Below, one piece after another: positions 26,431-40,551 of a DNA stretch of 64,000 bases; the stretch's first letter is position 1; each line of letters begins with the position of its first letter. The notes beneath the pieces are model-generated. The model ran no database searches. It worked only from the letters and a program-made list of their open reading frames with translations, and was not told the DNA's origin. The position numbers and the translations under genes were made by a program. Where the stretch lies: NCBI RefSeq assembly GCF_009914755.1, contig NC_060936.1; one strand, given 5' to 3'. This stretch comes from the human T2T-CHM13v2.0 reference genome, Homo sapiens.

Positions 26431-29400
26431 AAAAGTCTAAAGTGTAATGAGTTCATTTTTGTCACCTTAAAACTCCAAGGTTCATACCTACCTTGACGAT
26501 TTAATGACAAATGACATCACTGAAAAGTAAACTACAAAGGAGACTTCTCTATACAATTTATGTCAGAACTATTTACATAGAAATGAGACTAAGCAGCGTA
26601 TCTCCTCCATAGTCATTTCCTCTTATATACAATTTGCTTAAGTTAAACTGAAAAAATTTGTTTCCAAGTCTAGTTGCTGAAAAACGGAAACCTCTTTTAT
26701 AACTCAAGCTACTGCAGACACAAGGGTATCTTACTAAAGGTGGGGACAGGTGGATCAGGGAACAAAATATTTTACATACCATTCCAAGAACATATATGGA
26801 GATTTACACTCCACATTAATACTGCCATTTGCCTTAGAGTTTGGCCACTAAAGCTGACCAAAGCTTTATAGCAAGGGTAAGAATATACCAGGCCATAAAC
26901 ATCTTGAGGAACTTCACCTATTTATGCTACAAAAAAGCTGTATACAATATTTCTATGGGTAGTTAAAATTTGTGTAAATTGATAATGCTCTTTACAGTAT
27001 ATAAGGGTCTTAAGAAATAATAGTGACATTACAAGAAAATCAACACATCCAAGAATGTATTTCAAAAAAGGATCAAAACAGCCATAACCATGGCACCTAA
27101 ACTCAAGAACCTACCACATTTCCCAAGACCAAAACAGTAACTTAATCAGTTATTTATTTTTGCTCTCTATCTAGTCTGTGTTACAATGTTATTAGCTCTT
27201 ATTTGTTTTTAAATAGCCTTGCACTTAATTATTAGTGACAGAATAATAACAAAAAAGTTCCTTCTGAGTAAGATTAAATGTAACAAATCAATAAGAACTA
27301 CTTATAGATCTTTATATATTATGAATTACATGTTTGTCACTAACTCAAGTTTGATATTTAAAACATCATAATTATAAAATTGAATATTTTGAAAGAGTTG
27401 TTTCTTAAAAGCTTCCATTAATTGACTATTTAAACATTTACAAGTTCCATTAATATACATGGGCTTTAAAAAAAAAAACTTTAAATACACATATTCAACT
27501 GTATTTTAGGTCCCAAGCAAAATGTTTACACAGAAATTTGGCAGTGTTAAATCTGTGGACTCAAAGCCAATAACAACCTAAGAAGTCTAAACCTGGTTAA
27601 TAAGCAAATTTTCATAGTACAACTAACATTGTGTAAACAATCCAAAGCAGTTAATATTTATAAGATAATCAATGTTTTGCATATAAGGTTAAGTTCAAAG
27701 TAATTTTTTAAACATTTCGTATATTATGCCCATGGATTCCCAATCTGTAATAGTCAACAGACCTCTTCTTAGCTATAATATGAGGGGAAAATTATTCTCT
27801 TAAATACCATGACCTAAAGGAAAGAAATCCTTTGAATCTCCACCTCTGTAAGCCAGAAGACAGGAGGCAAGACCCTGAGGAGACTGGGTTACCACTAATT
27901 TCACCAAGTTCAGAATCCACTTGGAATACTAAATGGGAAGTTAAAAAGCAATCAAAGGGCTTACTTGGACTAAAAGTATTGCTACATGTTTCAAGGTCTA
28001 CAAATACCCTTTATAATAATTACGCCTTTGAGAGCCCTCCTTAGCAAAGAAAATATTAACAAACTCAAACTTACCTACCCACACAGTTCAGGAAATACTC
28101 CTCTAAGCAATCGTCCAGGCAATATTGAGAGGCCATTCCACTCAGTTTACTTATGTGCCAAGTGACCTTTGGCACAACGTCAGAAAGGGTGGGACTCTAA
28201 GCGTCAGTTTCGGCATTGTACTGTACCAAACAAAATTTCTGATTTGGTTTCTCTAGGGCGTTAACTAAGATTTCCTCCTCTTGTTAAGTAAGTAAACACA
28301 GCTACCACTACACTTCCAACTCTTGCCTAAGATGATTTTTTTTTTAAGTTTTAAATGGTGAAAATAATACTGGCTAGCATTGACTGAAAGCTTACTGTGT
28401 GGTCTAAATTAACGCTATATACACAGACACCATTATTACTCCCATTTTAGAGAGGTAGAATCTGAGAAACGGTAGTTAATAAGTAACTTACGGGAATTCC
28501 AGGTACAGAAATATGGCCAACTGAGCTCATGAAGACTTCCCACTACAGACACTAAGAAAAGAAGAAAATAAGTGTAACAAAATTAAATACATAGCTTTAC
28601 TTGCAATAAAGATAATTCCCTGATGCTAAACCAAAGCCAGAACTGATGGCCAAAATAGTAAGCACAAAAGCATACACTGTCAGCTGTGGCCAACACTGGA
28701 GCTATGGGGATAATCACTGGAGTCTCTTCAGCACTTAAGTATAGATTGAAATTGGTAACAAGATGCCTCTTGAAGGAGAAAGAACAGAAGAAAGTGCTCC
28801 CTCAAGAGAGAAAGCACTCTGCTGGATTTCCAGCCCCATTAAACCTTCACAACTCTAAAGCAGTCCTGATACTTATGCAGGGACAGAAGGGGAGGCCCTG
28901 GGCACACGAGGTATAAAGTTGGTACTGAGATTCTTCCAGAAAACCAGGGCTGTCTTCAAAGGTCTATCCTCATAGTTAAAAAATGGTGTCGGGGAGGAGA
29001 AATTCACTCATAGTCATATTAAGACTTAAGAGAGCTTGTCTCTGAGAATCTGGGTGAAGAGGACAGGGGAAATGCTATAAATGCTATAAGAAATTAAAAT
29101 CCTAAACCTATGACACAACAGTTTTGAAATGTGAATCTTATTTGTATGAGAATCTCCTAGGTAAAAAAATTAAGAATCTCCAATCTAAGGAATTAGATCC
29201 TGGGCCAGTGAAATCTCTAAAGTATCTAGAAGAAACAAACACAAAACTATTTTAAAGTGATGAGAGATAAACAAGGCCCCACGGGATTTCTTTGGGTAGA
29301 AAAACCAAACCAAAACAAAACAAAACAAAAAACAATCCCCAATGAAGATGAGCTTATAAATTTAGAGATTACAAAATATGGAGAAAATGATTTACTGTGA

Positions 29401-29584
29401 TTATTAACAAATATGCCAAACAGAAAATTGAGTGCTCAACTGATTTTTAATATGAAGACACCAAAAAAGTATATTTAAATTATTAAAGAAATGGAGAGAG
29501 AAAAAAGAGCCTATAAAGAACATAAAACTAAAAAATCTGTATGTTTTATAAAACCAAATTATATTTGAATAAAGATATGGCACA

Positions 29585-29868
29585 GGCTGGGTACAGTGGC
29601 TCACACCTGTAATCCCAGCTCTTTGAGAGGCCACGGGTGGGAGGATCCCTTGAGTCCAGGAAGTCAAGAGCAGCCTGGGCAACATACCAAGACCCCATCT
29701 CCACAAAAAATTCAGCAATCAGCCAAGCATGGTGGTACACACCAGCAGTCCTAGATGCTCATGAGGCTGAGACAGGAGAACTGCTTGAGCCCAGGAGTTT
29801 GAGCCCAGGAGTGAGCTATGATCACGCCACTGTATTCCAGCCTGTGTGACTGAGCAGGACCCATCTCT
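29585..29868 (+). mobile_element. AluJ lacking a poly(A) tail, with internal 14-bp duplication
   Basis: Dimer ends at 'gacccatctct' with no tail; ttgagcccaggagt twice at 29785-29812. Confidence 0.9.
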
Positions 29869-30244
29869 TTAACCCATTTCTCACTTAGAATAAAAAAGTG
29901 CTGCTTGTTGCCAGTGCAGTATTCTTGGGGCAAATGGGAAATGGGTAAAAAACAAAAATACATTCTCTGTATAGTGCACTCAGAGTTTTCATCAGGTTTC
30001 TATAACTTTAAAAGTGAAAAGCATCACTATAAATAGAATTTTTAAAATGTATTTAGAAAAGCAATAGTCAATGTCAGAAGTCAATTGCCTGGCAGAACCT
30101 ATTCTACATCCACTTTTGTTCTCTACCATCTCTCAAGCTCCTGACCACTGTATGCTGCAACTCCTTATTCCTGAAAATTCTGACCCATCCCCTGGGCCAT
30201 TCCTTCCCATCTCCAGCACCCCTGCAAAAAAGATTGAATGGAAA

Positions 30245-30605
30245 CTGTGACATGCCACCCACATCTCCTTTCAGGACTGAAGGACTGATTCCCCAACTGC
30301 TGTGGTGCTGCCTGCAGACAACCTTCAACTATCAGCTCTTTCAGGATGGCCTCACTTCACCCAGTATCACACTCCCTTCCCAGGGAAGCCCACATCCAAA
30401 GATTGGTTGACATGTGGAAGACAAAGCCTTGGTCCCCTTTCTCCAACTGGGGACAAGGGTGAGGTGGCCTCTCAGCTTTGAAGCACCCCACAGGGTCAGA
30501 TCTTATTTGAGACTACATGGCAGCCCAACATCCCCCTCGGCCCAACAGTGTTTCCTTCCTTCCCTTCGTCCACAGGGGCTGATCCCAAGAGCGCTTTCTT
30601 TTTTT

Positions 30606-30637
<32 letters not shown>

Positions 30638-31098
30638 TGAGATGGAGTTTCACTCTGCCGCCCAGGCTGGAGTGTGCAGTGGCACAATCTTGGCTCACTG
30701 CAGCTTCCGCCTACTGGGTTCAAGTGATTCTCCTCCCGAATAGCTGGGACTACTGGTGTGCGCCACTATGCCTGGCTAATTTTTTGTGTTTTTAATAGAG
30801 ATGGGGTTTCACCATGTTGACCAGGCTGGTCTCGAAATCTTGACCTCAGGTGATCTGCCGGCCTCCCAAAGTGCCCAGCTAATTTTTTGTGTTTTTAATA
30901 GAGACAGGGTTTCACCATGTTGACCAGGCTGGTCTCGAAATCCTGACCTCAGGTGATCTGCTGGCCTCGGCCTCCCAAAGTGCTGGGATTACAGGCGTGA
31001 GCCACCATGCCTGGCCCCCAAGAACACTTTCTAATAAACTTTCCCGAACACTAATTTCCATCTCAAAATCTGCTTTCTGGGGAACCCAAACTGCAACA
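30245..31098 (+). mobile_element. ERVL LTR (LTR16-like) interrupted by an Alu
   Basis: 3' end 'aataaac...catctcaaaatctgctttctggggaacccaaactgcaaca'; sequence continuous across the Alu TSD. Confidence 0.6.
30600..31016 (-). mobile_element. AluS with duplicated left-arm segment
   Basis: TSD cccaagagcgctttct / cccaagaacactttct; 30771-30873 repeated from 30874. Confidence 0.93.
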
Positions 31099-32532
31099 GA
31101 AGGACATTAGGGAAAAAAAAAAACACGGCAGGACACAGAAACTGAAGGGAGTGAGAAGAGGATAATAATATTAAGTCTTGAAACCAATGGAGAGAACAGC
31201 AGAAAGTACTAATATAATTCCTCGATGAGAAAATCAGTATTAAAAGTAGCAAGAAGAAAACCCTTCAAAACGAAGAATATAATCAAAATAAACACTATAA
31301 TCATAAAATTCCAACCCAACATTTCAAAGTATCACTAAACTTGAGAGCTGAAAGAAATCTGAGAGAGTGTCCCAATTCCAATCCCTGTCATTTTTAAGAT
31401 ACTGTCTCTTAAAAATGGTCCATAGGTCTGCCAAATGCCAAAAAATGTTGCTGCTTGGAAACAGACAGTTTCCTAATAGTAAGTTAACAGGTACAGTTAA
31501 TACCCTGCTGTTAAACAAAATTCTGATATACCTTTGGCTCCTGAATTATCTATCAGTAAAGATGATAATGAAGTCTTATGAAAGGCTAATCTGGCACAGA
31601 CTGATATATGACAAATCATTGTCCAAATATTAAAAAAATGGCATGGACTGAAACCATCCATAGTCATTCATATCCATACACAGGATATCAATGATAGTGG
31701 AACAATTCTAAGCAAAGCTCATGGGTATTTGCTGATTCCTTCAGTTTTCTATGATAGGGCAGTTTACCAGAAGTAGTCACAGGAAATATTATATATTTCG
31801 AATGTGACAGATTTGGTTACTGCACTTTTTTCCAAAGCTCTTGAAGCTGGAAATTGCACACACACACATCTTTACTGGTAACCTTGCCCTACATTCCCAT
31901 ACTTTGTAACTACAAATATAGAGGCAGACAAAATAGGCTGTAACATAATCTGTAAGCTAAGATCATCAGATCCAAAATGATGTGAGGTCACTTACATAAA
32001 TTGTTAGGACAACCAAGCAGAATCGATCAACAATGTCACAATCCATTCATCTTGGAAGTATAAGCAAAATTTCACTTTCAGTTCCTGTACTGTTCAACCC
32101 CAATTCCTCATCGGTCCTTCATTCCTTCTTCTTATAAGATCCACTATCTGCTTTGTCTTCTCTAAACCAATCCTTCTCCTAACTTTAATACCTTTTTCAG
32201 TGAGAGTAAGAAACCCAAAAGAAGTTTCTAAAGAAATACTCTAAACTACATATTATCAAATTTCAATTACATACATGCTAAGTTAGTTAAATTTGTATGG
32301 ATACAATGATCAATCAAATGCTTTAACAATTTACCTGGAGAGGGACAGGAGATGCAATATGACTTATCTTTGGGAGAATCATATCTAACTACAATTATAG
32401 TCATGCAAAAGGACAAACATGCCTGGCATGTAAATGATGGGAATTTGTTAAAACATTCAATGAGTCAGTATGGGTTGAAGCTATTGTTTGGCTGTAGAGC
32501 TAGGATTAAAGGTAGAAAAAACAAAAAAAGGG

Positions 32533-32845
32533 AGCCAGGCACAGTGGTTCACACCTGTAATCCTAGCACTTTGGGAGGCCAAGGCAAGTGGATCATCTGA
32601 GGTCAGGAGTTCAAGACCAGCCTGGGCAACATGGTGAAACCCCATCTCTACTAAAAATACAAAAATTAGCTGGGCGCGGTGGCACGTGCCTGTAATCCCA
32701 GCTACTTGGGAGGCTGAGGCAGCAGAATTGCTTAAGCCCCGGAGGCAGAGGTTGCAGTCAGCCGAGATCGTGCCATTGCACTCCAGCCTGGGTGACAGCA
32801 CGAGACTCCATCTCAAAAAAAAAGAAAGAAAGAAAGAAAAAAGAA
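32533..32845 (+). mobile_element. AluSx-like with (GAAA)n tail
   Basis: Full dimer. Confidence 0.95.
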
Positions 32846-34405
32846 ATGAAATGGACACTTCTTGGCATGAATAAATATAAATAGCAGGACCAATATTATA
32901 CGTTCTTTCCAGAAGTTATTTAGAAGAGTGAGACCATACTTAAATTAAGTGTATAGATGGCATTAGTAGTCTAAGTTAGGAAAATATTGATTTGAGAAAA
33001 ATGAACCGCAAAATTATGTAACAGGGAATATAAATGAACAAAATGGTAGTTTTGCCTTAAATTGGCAATGTTTAGGAATGCATTAAGGGAAACACCACAC
33101 AAACTTATTTGATTATGGATTTTAAATGTCACTTTCAACCTAGAAATCACTGTACAGCTCCAATAAGACATGATCTTATTTGGCAATTTCAGTTAAAAAG
33201 ACAGCAAGAAACAAAAAAATTGGTGGAAAAAGTGATTTCTCATTTCCTTTCATGTCCTATAACTAAAGATTAGATGTAAAGTGTTAAGACCTCAGCACAA
33301 GGAAACCAAAAGCTTGTGTTTGTGCACCAAGTCTGCCACTTAATAGCTCTATAACCTTTGGTGAGTAACTTAACCTCTCTCAGCCTCTGCTTCCTCACCT
33401 GTAAAATGAGACCAATGAGACCAATTTGTACAGTCTCATTCAGATCCAATACCCCAGAACATTTTCCTAATTCAAATTTAAAAGGAGAAAACCTATTTAA
33501 TTAGATTTTGGCTAAAATACAGTAACTAGCAGTTTTACACTTTTCAACATAAAATTTCTGAAAAAAGAAATAACCAAATAGTCACAAAACCTAATGACGA
33601 ATAAGGAAAAATTATGAGTCACTATGAGGACATCTGCAAATTCACCTTACAAATTATTGAATAACAATATTTATAGAGCCTCCCATTTCTGCTGAAAATT
33701 TCCCATTTAAATACAGACTCTGCTGAAACACAATAGGTACAAAGAATTGAAGCAGGGAAAATGAAAGCTTTTGGCATGTAGTATCAATATTTCCCATAAT
33801 TATGAAGATTTTACTTAGACTTTCCTCATTTCACCTGGCTCAAATGGAACTCCCATCCCCTGTAATTAGCTTGATGAGCGCATATCAAGAGTCTCATATT
33901 CTACCAAATCAGCTAGCTGGACATGTTGGTGAATGTATATCAAAAGAATTGTCTAGAAGGTCCTTGTAAAACGCATTTTTAAACCTACAATGTCCTCAAA
34001 GCCTGTCCTTTCCACAAAAAGTTAAACTCTAAACAAAACGACAGGACTACTTCAGCTATTAAAATCATGAGTGCTTCCGGGTTCTTAAATGCCATTTAGA
34101 GAAAAAAAAAGGCATTTCTTACAGAAGTATCAATCCTTTCTGGAGTATTTTTACCTTAACTCTGAAATACTGTCAGGAAATTATCACATTAGCTAGGTAG
34201 CAAGACTTAACCTCTCCTATCTATAATCATGTGCTATATAGCAATGGGAAGGAAGCGAGGAAGGAAGAAAGAGAAAGGGGCAAATCAGTAAATACAAAAA
34301 AGGAACTGTGAATGCTGATAAGGTGTCCTCTTATCAAAAAATCAGGGGAAATGCCCAAGTTTAATTCCAAAGCATGTACCTATTGAAGCACTGCAAAACA
34401 TCATC

Positions 34406-34470
34406 ATATATATGTATATATAAACATACATATATATATATATACACACATACATACATACTTACATATA
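34406..34470. repeat. (TA)n/(CA)n compound microsatellite
   Basis: atatatatgtatatataaacatacatatatatatatatacacacatacatac. Confidence 0.85.
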
Positions 34471-35554
34471 AGTTAATTACTGAGCAAGCAGCCTTGACAA
34501 GTCAGGAAGCATTACAATACACAGAATAAAAATGCCTGTTTTCTGAGTAGCAGTTTAGAAAAAGCTGTGCAAACAGTTGTTAAAATGATATAGCTTATGT
34601 CATCCTTTAAAAGTAAAACCTGCAATTAAATTTGCACATCAAATGATCCTTGAAGCTTGTATGTTACCAATAAATAGGAGTGATAGAAAGGGCTTGAAAT
34701 CAGACAAGCCGTGTCAGTGACACACAACAGAAATGCAGTCATATAAAGAGAAGATATTACAGCAACACATGATCTGAAGCTGAATGCCACAGTGATACAC
34801 TCACATTAAATTGCCAGAGGACATATCAGTTTTTAAAACGGTTTAATTTCTTTGAATATCATTGGACTAGAGTTTGCTCAGGTGGCAGAATTTAGCTGGG
34901 GCCTTTGGCTGAAAATTGTTAGTGCAGTGAATGTTTACCCTGGGTGGGCAAAATATTAAGGATCCCTTTCAAGTTTATTTTCAATTGATAAAATGCTTAT
35001 TCTCCTAACCAAGTCTTAATCTTTATTTAGATTATAGTTTAAGACCTCTTAATTGTAATTCTAAAAATGGTATCTAATCCCCTTCTATTTTTGACATGGG
35101 GCTATGAAAAACAGATTAAACCAACTACGTCAAGAGGTGGTATGTTATGGGCAAAAAGCCATGGATTTGAAATCTAAACCTTAATTATTTTCCTGGCTAT
35201 ACAATTTAGTGTTATGTGACAAACAAATCATCAGTATAGGCAGTAGAATGTAGTTGTAAAGAATTCAGGTTCATGTACAAAACAGACTCATATCCCAACT
35301 CCATACTTTAAGGCTATACAACTTTGGCCACATTACTAAATCTGTTTGCTTATCTATAAAATGAAAATAATAGTATCTTCTTCACATATTATTTTCAAAT
35401 AATATATGAAAAGAGTATAGCATAGTACCTGATTAATTATAAGTAATAAATGGTAGATTTAAAAAATCACATCTGAGTTTTCTAAGTAATTCAAATATTT
35501 CCCCCTTGCTAGATAACACTTGGGATCAGATGAGGTAACATAAATTGTAACCTC

Positions 35555-35676
35555 TTTTTTTAAGAGATAAGGTCTTCCTATGTTGCCTAGGCTACACTTG
35601 AACCCCTGGGCTACAGCAATCCTTCTGCCTCAGCCTCCTGAGTAGCTGGGATTACAGATGTGCCATCATGCCCAAC
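35555..35676 (-). mobile_element. FLAM-type Alu monomer
   Basis: Single reverse arm with T tail. Confidence 0.85.
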
Positions 35677-35829
35677 AATAACTCTTCTTTACTCCAGGGT
35701 GACTAAGAACATAATGGTCACACTACTGATGTAAGCAAAGCATACTGTAAAAGAGGTCCATTGACAGTCACATTCTGCTAAGTGTTACAAATAATCATAC
35801 ACTTAGTGATCAACAAATGGGGTGTTCCT

Positions 35830-36375
35830 TAAATCTGGTCGTGTTATTTACTTAGAACGCTTCAGTGTTGTCTGAATGCAGTCATAGTAAAATCAAAGCC
35901 TCTTACTGTCACCTAAAAGCCCTTTTAGGATCTGTCCCCTGCCTCACTTTTCAGTTTTGTCTCTTTCCTTCTTCTATGACCTCCTTGCTCACTTTGCCCC
36001 AGCTGTGGACTCCCTGGGCATGTTGCTCCCTCTGCCTGAAACTCAAGTTCTCCATTTCTTAGCAATTCTCATCCTTTAAGCCTGTTTATCTACCACTTGC
36101 TCAGAGAAGCACACCCAGATATTTAAAGTGCTGTATGAGATTATCTATCCCCAAACCTAACCCACCCTCTTGCATTAATCTCTGTGTGCTTTTATTTTTT
36201 ATTTTCTCCCTACCACTTACTACAGTTGGTGATGTTGCATGTCATTTATTTTTGCCCTGTCTGTCCCATTAGAATACATACTTCTTGAGGGCAAGGGCCA
36301 GCCTTTGTTTACCACTGTATCCCCAGCACTTAGTACAATAGTTGGCACATAATAGGTGAAGGCAATCAAAAATAT
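35830..36375 (+). mobile_element. L2 3' end
   Basis: 'cttgagggcaagggcc...accactgtatccccagcacttagtacaatagttggcacataataggt'. Confidence 0.75.
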
Positions 36376-37324
36376 GTCCACATATACTCAGAGTGAAAAG
36401 AAAGCAAGAAAATACTATAACACAAATACCACAACAGAGTAACTCAAACTTTTCCCATTCACAATCTGTAGGAAACCCACCCATGTCTGTAATATACAGT
36501 CATATGCCATTCCCCACTCACAAAAATAAACCTAACACACACCAAATAGATTTTTTAATTGACAAATAAAACCAAATAGATTTTTTTAACTCCAGTAGCT
36601 CATCTCCAAACTGTTTTCCTAGATGTAATGAGGGAAAGAAAGCAATACTGGAAAAACTACATAATACTCAGCTAAAAGAACGAGGTTTGTGGGGCTCAAC
36701 AAAAAAGTAATCGTCTGGAAGCAGCCGGTTCTGTGAACCAATAGATAAAAAATTTCATCTCCAAACCCCCAGGCAGCTCTCCAGTTAGAAGGCACACTGC
36801 TCTACATCTCAGCCCATCAGTTTTCCTTCTTTGGAATAGTACATTTTATCCTCCATTTCTTGTGAAAGACAACAATCTTGTTTGCCTTTGTCTTGCGCAT
36901 CAAGTTAAAAGGATTTTCCTGAAAACTTAAAAGTAATAAAAGCACACTTTACTACAACAAATAGAAATAAGAAGTGCCTACAGGATTTCTAGTGTTTCAT
37001 TCAGCACCAAATATCAGACTTTTTAAAATTTTTATTATATATTATAAATATTATTTCTGATCATAAAAGTAAATCCATGGCAGAAAGTTAGAACATACAA
37101 AACTATTTTAAGAACAAAAATCATGAGTCATCCTGCTAGCCAGAGACAAATGCTTTCACATTTTATAAATTTTTCTAGTTTTTTTTTAATGCATACATAC
37201 TTTTTTTTTTCAAAGGGGGCTACTGTCTGTCTGGTTTTATAATCTTTTAACTCAAAGTATCCTGAGAAGTCACAACAAAAAGACCATTGCACTATGAATG
37301 ATTTCTCATTGAAGCCTTCTACAG

Positions 37325-37526
37325 CAGGGGTGTCCAATCTTTTGGCTTCCCTGGGCTACAATGGAAGAAGAAGAATTGTCTTGAGCCACACATAAAATAC
37401 ACTAACGATAGCTGATGAGGTACAAAAAAAAAAACGCAAGAAAAAGTCATAATGTTTTAAGAAAGTTTATGAATTTGTGTTGGGCCGCACTCAAAGCTGT
37501 CCTGGGCCTCAGGTTGGACAAGCTTG
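37325..37526. mobile_element. MER30 hAT-Charlie element
   Basis: caggggtgtccaatc...ggttggacaagcttg; perfect 8-bp TSD ttctacag. Confidence 0.93.
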
Positions 37527-37811
37527 TTCTACAGCCTATTTTAAACAATTACCCCCCCCAAAAATTATGTAACTAATCTTTCCTTGAGCCTTGAGTAGTA
37601 CATTGCTAATATTTATCATAAAAATCTGCAACTGAAAAATAAAAGACAATCTGCAACTGCCATCCTTGAACATAAATCTTTATGCCTATTCCAGAATGTT
37701 GTCTTAATGTAAAATTCTAAAGAAGATGCTATGTAAAAGGATATGCCCATCTCTAAATTATTAATACACTGTCAAAATTTCCCTCCCGAGATGTTACACC
37801 AACTTACACTC

Positions 37812-38162
37812 TGTCTTAGTGCATTCAGACCGCTATAGCAAAAATGCCTTATGCTGGGTAATTTGTAATGTGCTGCCATTCACAGCAAAGGCTGGAAAGT
37901 CCAAAATCAAAGCGCCAGCAGATTCAGTGTCTGGTGAGGACTTGCTCTCTGCTTCAAAGATGGTGCCTTCCTTCTACCAGTGTCCTCACATGGCAGAAGG
38001 GGCAAACGGTTCCTTCTCACCTCTTTTAAGGCACAAATCCCGTTCATGAGGGCTCTCCATCACTTAATCACCTTCCAAAAGGCCCCATCTCTTCTTCATA
38101 CTATCACATCGAAGATTAGGTTTCAAATATGAATTGTGGAGCGACACATTCAGACTACAGCA
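37812..38162 (-). mobile_element. MaLR LTR (MSTD/MLT1A-like)
   Basis: tgtcttagt...'aagtccaaaatcaaagcgccagcagattcagtgtctggtgagg'...cagactacagca. Confidence 0.8.
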
Positions 38163-38268
38163 CCCAGCTACCAGTAGATTTTTTTTTCTGCTATCTCACA
38201 CTCTCACCAAAACACTGGATATCACTTGTTTGAAAAAAAAAAACAAACAAAAAAAAAACATTTTTCAA

Positions 38269-38560
<292 letters not shown>

Positions 38561-39791
38561 TCAATCTGATAGAGGAAAAAATTACTATTTCTTTGCTTAG
38601 TAGTGATGGTATCCTTTCTTTAAAACCATTCCTCTTAAAGTTTTCAATATTTTCTTGCTGATTTTTCATCTTTTTCCTTTTAGATCAATAGGAATCATTT
38701 GTTAGTCATCAGCGTGGATTTTTAATTGTATATGTATAAGGTACAAATATGCATAAGATTTTTCCTGAAGACCAAAATATACATACATCTTGGATTTATG
38801 TTTTCACTGTCAAGTTCTAATTTAAAAAATTAACGTAGACCTATTCTATATCTACACTTCAAAAAAGGTTATAGATTATGTCTTTCTGTATTCTCAATAA
38901 CATCCTTAAGTTAAAAACCACATCTGTTTATCTTTTTATAAATCTCATGAAGTGGTAATCCTTACTGTATACCTCCATAGATTATTCTAATTATACTTAA
39001 TCCAAAACCAAAAGTTTTTGATCAACTTTTAAGTAAAGTCATTTTATACTTAAGAAGATGAAGTTTACCCACTAACCTCATGCTACCTCTCAAATCCCAG
39101 AAGGTCACCTTAATTTTTACTGTAAATACAGAATTAAATTTGAAGATAACCAACAGGTTAACTATACTAGTACAAAAGCATCATTACATCATTTATATAG
39201 AGACATCTGTCATTATTCTTTATCTTTTATTGACTTTGAATATTCTAGAATTCATTGACTTAACAGAAAAATTCTATGGCTTCTTAATATGAAATCAAAA
39301 CATCACCTTTGGGTCAGTGAATCCTAAGGTTTATGAACTTTCAGAATTTGATGTCAATATTCAATCCTCATCTCAGACTCCCAGGATAAACTGTGTACTT
39401 TATGTATAAGGTATATGTAAAATATCACCAAAAAGTCTTCTTTCAAAGACTTCAACATTAGGTAAACATGAGACTTAGACCCAGAAAGAAAAAGTAGCTT
39501 TTCTTAATATGAATAAAGTTTATCAAAGTTTTATGTGTTGTCAAATCATATAAACTAATTCAGATCAGTTCTATTTCAAATTTTGACTGTTATGGTATAA
39601 TAAGTACATATTAAATAGTCACTTTGTATGAGTCTTATGTATGAATATTTTAGAAAGACATACGATATACATATGCATATCTCCCACACAAATTATCTTA
39701 GCATTGCTCTATTTTGTAAGGGAGACTGTTTACAGACATCTCAATATCTGTAAGTATGGATATCACTTTACTTTTAAAACTTTTCAATCTC

Positions 39792-40152
39792 TGATATGGT
39801 TTGGCTATGTCCCCACCGGAATCTCATCTTGAATTATAGCTCCCATAATTCCCATATGTCATGGGAGGGACCTGGTGGGAGATAACTGAATCACAAGGCA
39901 GTGTCCTCCATACTGTTTTCATGGTAGTGAATAAATCTCAAGAGATCTGACAGTTTTATAAGGGGTTTTTCCTTTCACTTGGCTCTCATTCTCTCGTACC
40001 TGCCACCATGTAAGACATGCCTTTCACCTTCTGCCATGATTGTGAGGCCTCCCCAGCCAAATGGAACTGTGAGTCCATTAAACCTCTTTTTCTTTATAAA
40101 TTACCCAGTCTTGGGTATGTCTTTATCAGCAGTGTAAAAACAGACTAATAAG
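39792..40152 (+). mobile_element. THE1C-like solo MaLR LTR
   Basis: tgatatggtttggct...cagactaata; 5-bp TSD atctc. Confidence 0.9.
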
Positions 40153-40551
40153 ATCTCCGAAGTTCTTTTCTCCAAAACTTAAAATAGCATACAATGCATG
40201 AAAATAATAAGTCTTCAGTTCACTTTGTCATTTTGAATTATGTCACAATGAAAAAAATTCAACATCCACAGATCACTCACTCCTAGGTATCTTGTTAGGA
40301 AAAAAAAAAATCCACTTTCTTTTTCAAGGTAAATGTCATTCTGCATTCCAATAGGATACCACCAGTCCACAGATCTGTGTCAATAAATCAGGATAAGCCA
40401 GCAAATCTGATACTTACCTGCTAGATAACTGAAGCAATTTCTACTCGTTTATGGGGACTGTCTGGAATTTTAGCAGCAATGTGCTTTATCTCATACCACT
40501 AACTGTGTATCACCTGAAATCACCCTCAAGAGATCTCCGGAAAAGTCATGT

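Noticed and set aside
26493-26519. Tiny minus-strand exon-like segment (ttttcag...aag|gtaggt)
   Set aside because: Under 30 nt with no other support; expected by chance
32481-32858. 125-aa ORF and similar ORFs (LECSG..., AGLELLTS..., SQSAGITG...)
   Set aside because: Standard Alu read-through translations
33406-33426. Short tandem duplications (aatgagacc twice; similar at about 21136, 29071, 41187, 44770)
   Set aside because: Ordinary slippage events
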